41,131 nt of DNA from positions 1 through 41,131 of the forward strand of contig JACMJP010000092.1 of NCBI GenBank assembly GCA_014380545.1, in the 5' to 3' direction. Below, one piece after another: positions 1-8,200 of the stretch. Each line of letters begins with the position of its first letter. Positions within the stretch are counted from its first letter, which is position 1. The notes beneath the pieces were generated by a model. It was not told the DNA's origin, made no database searches, and was given only the letters and a program-made list of their open reading frames with translations. Both the position numbers and the translations under genes were made by a program. This DNA is from Chitinophagales bacterium. GTDB taxonomy: Bacteria > Bacteroidota > Bacteroidia > Chitinophagales > BACL12.

Positions 1-192
1 GGAGTGGATAAAGATGTATTTGTAAAAGTGGGTGATGAAATACAAGTTGGTTCTGTTCTCTGCATAATTGAAGCAATGAAACTATTTAATGAGATTGAAA
101 GTGAACAGGAGGGTAAAATTGTAAAGATCTTAGTTGAAGATGCAAGCCCTGTAGAATTTGATCAGCCATTATTTTTAATAGAACCGAAATAA
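1..192 (+). CDS. accB: Acetyl-CoA carboxylase biotin carboxyl carrier protein (5'-truncated by window edge)
   Basis: Biotinylation motif [12 protein letters not shown] and C-terminal PVEFDQPLF; directly upstream of accC. Confidence 0.95.
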   Translation, partial: GVDKDVFVKVGDEIQVGSVLCIIEAMKLFNEIESEQEGKIVKILVEDASPVEFDQPLFLIEPK

Positions 193-202
193 ATTTTTTA
201 AC

Positions 203-298
203 GTCATTGCGATAGTTGATTCAAATAAAAAATAAACATTCGATCAACTTGAAGCAATCTCTTCATTAAAAACAGATTGCTTCGTCCCTCGCAACTCA
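203..298. repeat. Nested palindromic miniature element (GTCATTGCGA...GAAGCAATCT...AGATTGCTTCG...TCGCAA type)
   Basis: TTGCGA 207-212 pairs with TCGCAA 289-294; AGTTGAT 214-220 with ATCAACT 243-249; GAAGCAATCT 251-260 with AGATTGCTTC 274-283. Confidence 0.7.
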
Positions 299-311
299 TT
301 CTATAAAGTTC

Positions 312-1661
312 ATGTTTAAAAAAATACTTATAGCTAACAGAGGAGAGATTGCATTGCGGATTATTCGTACCGCAAAAGAAATGGGTATTAAAACAGTTGC
401 TGTTTATTCCACCGCTGATAAAGATAGTTTGCCTGTTCGGTTTGCCGATGAAGCTGTTTGTATTGGTCCGCCACCAAGCCGTGAATCTTATTTAAGTATT
501 CCAAAAATTATGGCTGCTGCAGAAATAACAAATGCTGATGCTATCCATCCTGGTTACGGATTTTTAAGTGAGAATGAAATATTCAGTGAAATATGCGCTA
601 AATACGGAATTAAGTTTATCGGCCCAACTCCTCAACAAATACATAAAATGGGCGATAAGATAACAGCAAAAGATACGATGAAAAAAGCCGGCGTACCTGT
701 TATTCCCGGAAGTGATGGTTTATTAAAAGATGTTAGCGATGCAAAGCGCCAGGCAAAAAAAATAGGTTATCCTGTTATTGTGAAAGCAACTGCGGGTGGT
801 GGTGGAAAAGGAATGCGCATTGTATGGAAAGAAAGTGAAATAGAGAATGCATTCAGCACTGCAAGCATGGAAGCAAAAGCATCATTCAGCAATGATGGGT
901 TATACATGGAAAAATATATTGAGGAACCGAGGCATATTGAAATTCAAATTGCAGGTGATCAATATGGAAAAGTTTGTCATTTAAGTGAAAGGGATTGTTC
1001 AATTCAAAGAAGACATCAAAAATTAGTAGAAGAAAGCCCTTCACCATTTGTAGATGATAAGCTGAGAAAAAAAATGGGCGAAGCTGCTATAAAAGCAGGA
1101 AAAATAATTAAATATGAAAGTGTGGGAACAGTAGAATTTCTTGTAGATAAACACAAGAATTTTTATTTTATGGAAATGAATACAAGGATACAGGTTGAAC
1201 ACACGGTAACAGAAGAAGTAATTGATTATGATCTTGTGAAGGAGCAAATAAAAATTGCTGCAGGAGAAAAAATAAGCGGTAAAAATTATCTTCCTACGTT
1301 TTACGCAATGGAATGCAGAATAAATGCTGAAGACCCTACTAAAAATTTTCAGCCCTCACCCGGAAAAATAACAAGCTTCCATTCACCGAAAGGACACGGA
1401 GTAAGAGTAGATACTGCGGCATATGCAGGATACACAATTCCGCCTTATTACGATAGCATGATAGCCAAACTTATTTGTAAAGCAAGATCAAGAGCAGAGG
1501 TAATTACTAAAATGCAAAGAGCATTAGATGAATTTATTGTTGAGGGAATAAAAACAACTATTCCATTTCACAAAAAACTCATGCAAAACGAACAATTCCG
1601 CTCAGGAAAATTTGATACAAGTTTTATGAATACTTTTGATCTGAGTGATTTGACTGAATAG
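312..1661 (+). CDS. accC: Acetyl-CoA carboxylase biotin carboxylase subunit
   Basis: [50 protein letters not shown] and YDSMIAKL motifs; 449 aa. Confidence 0.97.
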   Translation: MFKKILIANRGEIALRIIRTAKEMGIKTVAVYSTADKDSLPVRFADEAVCIGPPPSRESYLSIPKIMAAAEITNADAIHPGYGFLSENEIFSEICAKYGIKFIGPTPQQIHKMGDKITAKDTMKKAGVPVIPGSDGLLKDVSDAKRQAKKIGYPVIVKATAGGGGKGMRIVWKESEIENAFSTASMEAKASFSNDGLYMEKYIEEPRHIEIQIAGDQYGKVCHLSERDCSIQRRHQKLVEESPSPFVDDKLRKKMGEAAIKAGKIIKYESVGTVEFLVDKHKNFYFMEMNTRIQVEHTVTEEVIDYDLVKEQIKIAAGEKISGKNYLPTFYAMECRINAEDPTKNFQPSPGKITSFHSPKGHGVRVDTAAYAGYTIPPYYDSMIAKLICKARSRAEVITKMQRALDEFIVEGIKTTIPFHKKLMQNEQFRSGKFDTSFMNTFDLSDLTE

Positions 1662-1687
1662 TTAATTTATTAATTGTATATTATAGA

Positions 1688-1727
1688 ATGCAGATAATTA
1701 AAATAGATTATTTGCATCTTTATTTTA
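1688..1727 (+). terminator. Probable intrinsic terminator of accBC
   Basis: ATGCAGATAAT-8nt-ATTATTTGCAT hairpin (1688-1717) followed by a T-rich run. Confidence 0.5.
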
Positions 1728-1979
1728 TGTCTTTACTTAGAAAACCCAGAAGTATGGAAATGCCTAAAGTTTGCCCCCTTTTTCTACAACGAAAAAATAA
1801 AAACCGTAAATATTAAAGTCCACAATTTATTGGGTGAAGAGATACATTCGTTTGATTTTGAAAGTTTGGATAATACGCCAATTACAATAAATGTTAAACC
1901 ATTAAAATCAGGATATTATATTTTTTCAGTAACTACCCCTTTCCAAACAAGGAAAATGAAGGTGGAAATATTGCATTAG
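1707..1979 (+). pseudogene. Start-less open frame encoding an isolated T9SS type-A C-terminal sorting domain
   Basis: Frame open from 1707 to TAG 1977-1979: ...KTVNIKVHNLLGEEIHSFDFESLDNTPITINVKPLKSGYYIFSVTTPFQTRKMKVEILH; contains the NLLG, L-x-SG-Y-Y and terminal K-x-x-I CTD motifs; no ATG/GTG/TTG ahead of the domain. Confidence 0.65.
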
Positions 1980-2269
1980 TAGCTTTAATACAGCTATATT
2001 CAAAACAATACTTAAAATCCCCATTTAAATAGGCAGGATTTGTGAATAATTTCTACCAGAAAATTCCTTAACAAAGTTTCTACATTATAGAAAGTTTCAT
2101 GACTTCTTAAATTGAGCTTTTAATTTCTCATTCAATAAGTTTTTTCTTGCAAACCTATATCGATAAAGGGATTCCACCTGTAAATCTTTAGTCAGACTTG
2201 CCTATGCTGCTAAATAAATACAGCATTTGTGATGTTTTAAAACTTAACAGATAAAGTAGAGAATACAAC

Positions 2270-2285
2270 TCTACATTGTTGTAGA
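2270..2285. promoter_or_regulatory. Palindromic candidate regulator site upstream of the sulfatase
   Basis: TCTACA-TTGT-TGTAGA perfect 6-bp inverted repeat; related TTTCTA-CATTA-TAGAAA at 2077-2093. Confidence 0.35.
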
Positions 2286-2340
2286 TGCTTCCTGTATATA
2301 AAACAGAGTAAATAAGAATTATTCACTTAAATAGTATACA

Positions 2341-4857
2341 ATGATCATGAAACTAATCTACAGCACATTTCTTATTCTTGCTGCATCAAGTCTCATTTTT
2401 GCACAAACAACAGAGAAACCAAATGTAATTGTAATCATAGTAGATGACCTTAATGATTACGTTGAAGGATTTGATGGGCACCCGCAGGTTAAAACACCAA
2501 ACATTAATAAGATTGCTGAAAAATGTACATCTTTTATGAATAGTTATTGTTCAGCACCCGGATGCGCTCCTTCCCGCACAAGTTTTTTATCAGGAAAAGA
2601 TGTGTTATATACAGATGTATTTAATAACTCGGATTATTTGGGAGCATTCAGGAATAATTTTACTACTGATGGTAACAATGCTGAAGTTTACACACTTCCA
2701 CAAACCTTAAAAGACAATGGCGGATATTATACATACGCAATAAATAAAATTTTTCACAGTCAGGAGGAGAATGATATGGATAAGTCTTCAAACCCCGTAT
2801 GCGAAAAGGAGCAATCATGGAGCCGTTTAACTACAATGGAAGAAAGTGAAGAACTATTAAATACTTTATTTTCCTTTAACACTTATAATTCTTATAGTTG
2901 GGCTATGGTACCTGATTCACTTGAACAATTTCTTGAAGATTACAGAGGAACAGATACAGCAATTCAATTTATAAATAACTATGCAAACGGAACAGAAGAT
3001 GTTTGTAGTGATAAACCATTTTTTCTATCATTAGGATATCATCGTCCACATAGTGGAAGATATATTCCGGAACAATATTTCCCGGAATATTATAACAAGG
3101 ATATTTATACGGCACCTTATGTTTATGGCTATAATAATCCTGCAAATGCATTACCATATAATGGTATTGTAATGCCACCGCAACCTGAAGACAAATTTGG
3201 TGATTATAATAACTTAAAAAGTATTGCAAAGGCTATTTCTGATGCAGGATGTACTGAAACAGATTTTTCAAATTATTTAAACAGCTTAGGCGTACTTCCT
3301 GTAATTGATGCTGACTATAATGTGCAGAAAGTAAAAGAAATTATATCTGAAACGCAAAGAGCAAATTATGTGATGGCATATATAGCCGCAGTGCAATTTA
3401 TTGATGCCCAAATAGGAAGGCTTTTAGATGCCGTAGAAGAACATCCTGAGGTATTTAATAATACAATAATTGTTTTCATGAGCGATCATGGTTATTCCCT
3501 GGGTGAAAAAAAACATTATACAAAATGGTCTTTATGGGAAACAGATATTCGCACACCATTAATTATATCAACACCCGGTATGACTGAAAGAAAAATTTGT
3601 GATAAAACTGTTTCAATGATTGATATATTTCCTACGATGTGTGATCTAACAGGAACAGAATATCCTCTTTTTTCTGATGGGTCGAAGTATTTAGATGGCA
3701 GCAGTTTTATGCCTTTATTAAGTACAGAAGACGCACAATGGTTCAAGCCTGCACTTACAACCTATAAAAAGAATGCATCAATCGGGTCTTGTTTTCCACA
3801 TTATTCAGTAAGAACAGAAAAATATCACTACATCAGGTATCGCACGAATAATGATGGTACAATTAATAAATCAATTTGCGATGAAGCTGGAAGCATAGTT
3901 GAAGAAGAATTATACGATATAGGAACACAAAGAGAAATTGATCCTTATGAATGGAAAAACCTTGCAAATGATCCTGATTATACTGAATTAAAAAACTATT
4001 TACAGGAGTTTATTCCGGGTGGGAGTTTTTATATGCAGCAACCTTATAAAACAGAAATATCTTCACTTGAACAACCATGTTTTTTAACTGATGAAGGAAC
4101 AGTTAAACTAAGAGGTATGTTATATGCATCCGATGGAAGTTTAGTAAAGGGAATTCCTTTACATGCTTATCAATTTACATGGAGTAATAGTTTAACTGAA
4201 GACATTTCTAATGAACGTATTTATCATTTTAAACCAATGTGGTACAGCGATAAATATGATACTATAGACAATATTAAATTTTATTTGAAAGTTACAGATT
4301 TAGCAACTGGTGAATTAGTAGCATTTGACATGAAAACATTTTATGTAAATCCTGCAAATGCGCCTTTAGCAACTTTTAATACTTCTTTAAATGCAAATAC
4401 GGTAATAATAGATAATTATACTTTAACCGGCACACATACTTATGTTACCTGGGACATGGGTGATGGATTTATTGCGAAAGATTCTATTCCCGGCCCACAT
4501 ACTTATGCAGCACCAGGAACATACACAATCACTCATACAGTGTTCTATGGTAACGGATGTTCTGATATTTTCACATCAGAAGTAACAATAGCTGAAATAT
4601 TGCGCACAGCTCCAATCAGGGATTTAATTTTGTATCCAAATCCTGCAACAAAAAAAATATATCTTGCATGTTCGGCTGAGAATACAATTGAAAATATTCA
4701 AATCCTAAATCTTTACGGACAAACAATAAAAAATATAAAACCTGAACAGGGAACAATAAAACAAGTTGATATAGCCGAACTCCCCTCAGGTAATTATTTT
4801 ATGGAAGTTATTTATGGTGACGAAACAATAACCAAGAAATTTGAAGTTATTCACTAA
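2341..4857 (+). CDS. Secreted formylglycine-dependent (Cys-type) sulfatase, iduronate-2-sulfatase-like, with PKD domain and T9SS type-A CTD
   Basis: Signal peptide; KPNVIVIIVDDL; CAPSRTSFLSG (CxPxR); YHRPH; SDHG; PKD-like WDMGDG...HTYAAPGTYTI; LYPNP...LPSGNYF...KKFEVIH C-terminus. Confidence 0.92.
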   Translation: MIMKLIYSTFLILAASSLIFAQTTEKPNVIVIIVDDLNDYVEGFDGHPQVKTPNINKIAEKCTSFMNSYCSAPGCAPSRTSFLSGKDVLYTDVFNNSDYLGAFRNNFTTDGNNAEVYTLPQTLKDNGGYYTYAINKIFHSQEENDMDKSSNPVCEKEQSWSRLTTMEESEELLNTLFSFNTYNSYSWAMVPDSLEQFLEDYRGTDTAIQFINNYANGTEDVCSDKPFFLSLGYHRPHSGRYIPEQYFPEYYNKDIYTAPYVYGYNNPANALPYNGIVMPPQPEDKFGDYNNLKSIAKAISDAGCTETDFSNYLNSLGVLPVIDADYNVQKVKEIISETQRANYVMAYIAAVQFIDAQIGRLLDAVEEHPEVFNNTIIVFMSDHGYSLGEKKHYTKWSLWETDIRTPLIISTPGMTERKICDKTVSMIDIFPTMCDLTGTEYPLFSDGSKYLDGSSFMPLLSTEDAQWFKPALTTYKKNASIGSCFPHYSVRTEKYHYIRYRTNNDGTINKSICDEAGSIVEEELYDIGTQREIDPYEWKNLANDPDYTELKNYLQEFIPGGSFYMQQPYKTEISSLEQPCFLTDEGTVKLRGMLYASDGSLVKGIPLHAYQFTWSNSLTEDISNERIYHFKPMWYSDKYDTIDNIKFYLKVTDLATGELVAFDMKTFYVNPANAPLATFNTSLNANTVIIDNYTLTGTHTYVTWDMGDGFIAKDSIPGPHTYAAPGTYTITHTVFYGNGCSDIFTSEVTIAEILRTAPIRDLILYPNPATKKIYLACSAENTIENIQILNLYGQTIKNIKPEQGTIKQVDIAELPSGNYFMEVIYGDETITKKFEVIH

Positions 4858-4881
4858 ATTATTCTGTGGCTGAATGTTGGA

Positions 4882-4911
4882 AAAAGGGATTATAGAAATA
4901 TAGTTCCTTTT
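4882..4911. terminator. Bidirectional intrinsic terminator between convergent sulfatase and purT
   Basis: AAAAGGGATTATA-GAAA-TATAGTTCCTTTT hairpin with A and T runs on the flanks. Confidence 0.65.
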
Positions 4912-6103
4912 ATTTTTGAGTGTTTGCCTGCGCATGCAGGGAAACAACTTTCACTTTCCTGGCATTTGCAATTGCATTTTCTTTTACAATATTCACATCC
5001 TTATGCAAATCATCATAAGCTAAAGCAACTCCCATTCTGCGGAAAGGTCTTGTAATTGGTTTTCCAAAAATTTTAATATCTGTTTTTTTACCTTTTATTG
5101 CTTCTTCAATTCCCTCAAAATAAAAGTCTTCAGCATTTTCATTTGCAAGAATAACTGCACTTGCCCCGATCCTTAATAATTCAATGTCGGGAATCGGTAA
5201 CCTGAGCACCGCTCTTGCATGTAATTCAAATTCATTTAAGTTTTGTGTTCCTGCAAGTGTTACCATTCCTGTATCATGCGGTCTGGGACTTAATTCTGAA
5301 AAATAAACACCATCATCTGCAAGAAAAAATTCTACACCCCAAATACCAGCACCTGTTAAAGCCTTTGTTATTTTATCAGCAATGAGTTGCGCTTCTCTTA
5401 ATTGTATTTCGGAAATATGTGCAGGCTGCCAGCTTTCCTGATAGTCCCCCCGCTCCTGCCTGTGCCCAATAGGCGGACAAAATAAAGTTTCACCATTTAC
5501 CTGTGTAACAGTTAATAATGTTATTTCAGAATTGAAATGAATAAATTCTTCCAGAATTACTTCAGCAATATCACCCCGTTTTGCAGATTGAGAATAATTC
5601 CATGCTTTTTCAATATCGCTTTCTGTTTTAATTATACTTTGCCCTTTTCCGCTTGAACTCATTAATGGTTTCACAACACAGGGTATCCCAATTTCTTTAA
5701 TGGCTGTAATCAATTCATCCAAAGTTTTTGCATATGCATATTTTGCTGTTTTTAATTTTAATTCTTTCGCTGCAAGATCCCGGATGGCTTTTCTGTTCAT
5801 TGTAAAATTTGCTGCTTTTGCACTGGGCACTACCTGTATACCCCACTGCTCATAATCATAAAAACGTTCTGTTCTTATCGCTTCAATTTCAGGAACAATT
5901 ATATCAGGCTGGTGTTTTTTTACAATTGCATCAAGAGCATTGCCGTCCAGCATATTAATTATTTCCCGTTCATCAGCTACCTGCTGTGCGGGAGCATCAT
6001 TATATGAATCAACTGCTATTACATATTGCCCTAATCTTTTGCAGGCAATCACGAATTCTTTTCCCAGTTCTCCGGAGCCGAGTAATAATATCTTTTTCAA
6101 CAC
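4910..6103 (-). CDS. purT: Formate-dependent phosphoribosylglycinamide formyltransferase
   Basis: [55 protein letters not shown]. Confidence 0.97.
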   Translation of the reverse strand: MLKKILLLGSGELGKEFVIACKRLGQYVIAVDSYNDAPAQQVADEREIINMLDGNALDAIVKKHQPDIIVPEIEAIRTERFYDYEQWGIQVVPSAKAANFTMNRKAIRDLAAKELKLKTAKYAYAKTLDELITAIKEIGIPCVVKPLMSSSGKGQSIIKTESDIEKAWNYSQSAKRGDIAEVILEEFIHFNSEITLLTVTQVNGETLFCPPIGHRQERGDYQESWQPAHISEIQLREAQLIADKITKALTGAGIWGVEFFLADDGVYFSELSPRPHDTGMVTLAGTQNLNEFELHARAVLRLPIPDIELLRIGASAVILANENAEDFYFEGIEEAIKGKKTDIKIFGKPITRPFRRMGVALAYDDLHKDVNIVKENAIANARKVKVVSLHAQANTQK

Positions 6104-6135
6104 ATTTAATTTAATAAAGAAATAATTTTGTTAAT

Positions 6136-6513
6136 CTAATTTGTCTTCTTTGAAAGTTTTACAAGTTCCAGCGTTTCAAAAATTAAAAAAGAAAAATAAA
6201 TAATTGCAAAAGGAACAATAAAATTCGATGCTCTGGTATCGGGGTTTGCAGTTTTATAAATTACTACAACAATTCCTGTAATAATTAATTTGAGAATAAT
6301 TCCTGCAAAAAATACATTCATAAAATTTGCAAATCTGCCCTTCATGGTTTTTGAGCTGAAATAATAAGTCGCAATACTTAAAATAAAAAATAAAAAATAA
6401 CATATCCATGCAAATTGCATTACAGGTTTATACAATTCAACATAATTTAGTGAAAATAAAATTGCAGCAATAAGTATTGCAAAAGGAATAAATTTCTTTA
6501 AGTAAGCAGACAT
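6136..6513 (-). CDS. Four-TM membrane protein, AtpI-like (type usually found just upstream of atpB in Bacteroidota)
   Basis: Four hydrophobic segments, FMNVFFAGIILKL and YFSFLIFET pattern; follows the AtpZ/AtpI gene. Confidence 0.65.
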   Translation of the reverse strand: MSAYLKKFIPFAILIAAILFSLNYVELYKPVMQFAWICYFLFFILSIATYYFSSKTMKGRFANFMNVFFAGIILKLIITGIVVVIYKTANPDTRASNFIVPFAIIYFSFLIFETLELVKLSKKTN

Positions 6514-6609
6514 TAATTTTTTCTGCGAAGATATGAAGTCAGCGATGAAAGGGCAGGAACTAATAGCCAGGAATTAGTTTAAAACTAAATTTATTTAACT
6601 CACTAACTA

Positions 6610-6846
6610 TTAATCCTTTTTCCTGCCAATAAAATCTTTCAATGAAAGATACATGCCCGCACTCAACCCCAGTAAAGACAAAATAACAGTGAACCATGGT
6701 TTGGATCCCAGCCATGCATCTAAACGCATGCCTCCCCAAACTCCGAGAAAAATTGCTGCAATTAACTGAAACGTAATATTGCTGTATTTTATAAATCCAT
6801 CAAATCGCTGCTTCCTGTTCGATGGCTTCGAGGGTTTGTTCTGCAT
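6610..6846 (-). CDS. AtpZ/AtpI family membrane protein
   Basis: KYSNITFQLIAAIFLGVWGGMRLDAWL...PWFTVILSLLG two-TM signature. Confidence 0.85.
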   Translation of the reverse strand: MQNKPSKPSNRKQRFDGFIKYSNITFQLIAAIFLGVWGGMRLDAWLGSKPWFTVILSLLGLSAGMYLSLKDFIGRKKD

Positions 6847-7231
6847 TCAGTTTTTTATCTTTTGCACCCATGTGGCAAACACCATTAAAGCGGGCGCCAT
6901 TCTCAACTACAATTTTATTCGTATAAATATTCCCCTCTACAAAAGATGATGCCTTTAAAGTAAGTAGTTCCACCGATTCAATATCACCAATTATTTTTCC
7001 TTCAATGTCGGCATTTTTGCAAACAACATCACCTTCAATAATTCCTGTTGGGCCCAGTGCAAGTTTTGCTTTTACATGTAAAGACCCTCTAATCATTCCT
7101 TCTATCCTGATATCGCCATCGCTGTTTACATGCCCTTCAACAACGGTTCCGTTATTGATCCTGTTCGATATCATCATTCCATTTTTTTGTGTATTTGCAA
7201 CCGGGTCAGATGTAGTTTTGTTACCAAACAT
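6800..7231 (-). CDS. Bactofilin (polymer-forming cytoskeletal protein)
   Basis: Beta-helix repeats GTVVEGHVNSDGDIRIEG...IEGDV...VEGNI...VENGARFNGVCHM. Confidence 0.93.
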   Translation of the reverse strand: MFGNKTTSDPVANTQKNGMMISNRINNGTVVEGHVNSDGDIRIEGMIRGSLHVKAKLALGPTGIIEGDVVCKNADIEGKIIGDIESVELLTLKASSFVEGNIYTNKIVVENGARFNGVCHMGAKDKKLNAEQTLEAIEQEAAI

Positions 7232-7249
7232 AATTTTTCTTTTTTTTAG

Positions 7250-8122
7250 TTAGTTAAAAATAATAAAATCCAGTGGATCCATCGGAAGTTTATTCTGCCA
7301 CAATTCAAAATGAACATGTGGCCCCGTGCTTAATTCGCCCGTGTTGCCAATAATCGCTATTACATCACCTGCGTTAACAAAATTACCGGTTTTCTTCAAT
7401 AATACAGAGTTGTGTTTATATAAAGAAATTAATCCATGATCATGCTGTATCACAATTACATTTCCGCTTTCCACATTCCAGTAAGCATCAATAACAGCCC
7501 CGTCAAGACATGCTTTCACAGGGGTACTCTCATTCGCTACCACATCCACACCGTAATGTCCCTCTCCCGGATTAAACTCTGATGTTATTGTACCTTTTAA
7601 TGGCGGAAAGAAATGCAAAGATTTAATATTCTTCTCCCCGGTATTCTGCGCACCAACACCGGTTAGGTTAAACAGGTCTTCCCGCTCCACCGCTGTCCTG
7701 AAATTTTTATCCAATTCCGATGCACTGTCAATCTTCACTGACCGGTAATCAATTTTTTTCAAACTATCTAATGGCAGCATAGAGTCTATTTCCCCATTTA
7801 GTCTTTTTTGCAGGTTGCCAAGATACAGGTCGTAATAACTTAATGACCGCAAAATTGAGTCTGTAACCGTATTGTTTCTCATCACCTGCCGGGATGTAGT
7901 AACTTCGCTTGTTCCTACAACATAATTTTTAAGCGGAGTAAAAGCTATAAGGCTATAAACAATGAAAGAAAGAATAACGAATAGTGTGCTTGCAATAATG
8001 AGCACATTCAATGCGCTTAGTTTTACAGAAGCCTGCACTTCAAAAGTTTTATCGTGCATCAGCACCAGGCGGTATTTATTACGCAGCCTGCTTATCCACT
8101 TTCTTGTTTTCGATTTAGCCAA
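7250..8122 (-). CDS. M23 family metallopeptidase, membrane-anchored
   Basis: HYGVD (HxxxD), YKHN and STGPHVHFE (HxH) motifs; N-terminal TM; TTG start. Confidence 0.93.
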   Translation of the reverse strand: MAKSKTRKWISRLRNKYRLVLMHDKTFEVQASVKLSALNVLIIASTLFVILSFIVYSLIAFTPLKNYVVGTSEVTTSRQVMRNNTVTDSILRSLSYYDLYLGNLQKRLNGEIDSMLPLDSLKKIDYRSVKIDSASELDKNFRTAVEREDLFNLTGVGAQNTGEKNIKSLHFFPPLKGTITSEFNPGEGHYGVDVVANESTPVKACLDGAVIDAYWNVESGNVIVIQHDHGLISLYKHNSVLLKKTGNFVNAGDVIAIIGNTGELSTGPHVHFELWQNKLPMDPLDFIIFN

Positions 8123-8151
8123 AACAGTTATTTTTTCTGCTGTTTTTAAAA

Positions 8152-8159
8152 TATTTTTG
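8152..8159 (+). promoter_or_regulatory. Bacteroidota sigma-A -7 box for sprE-pbp1A
   Basis: TATTTTTG matches TAnnTTTG, 41 nt before the TTG start. Confidence 0.5.
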
Positions 8160-8200
8160 CTCTACGGTGGTTATAGTAGAAGCCTTAAAATTACAATACT

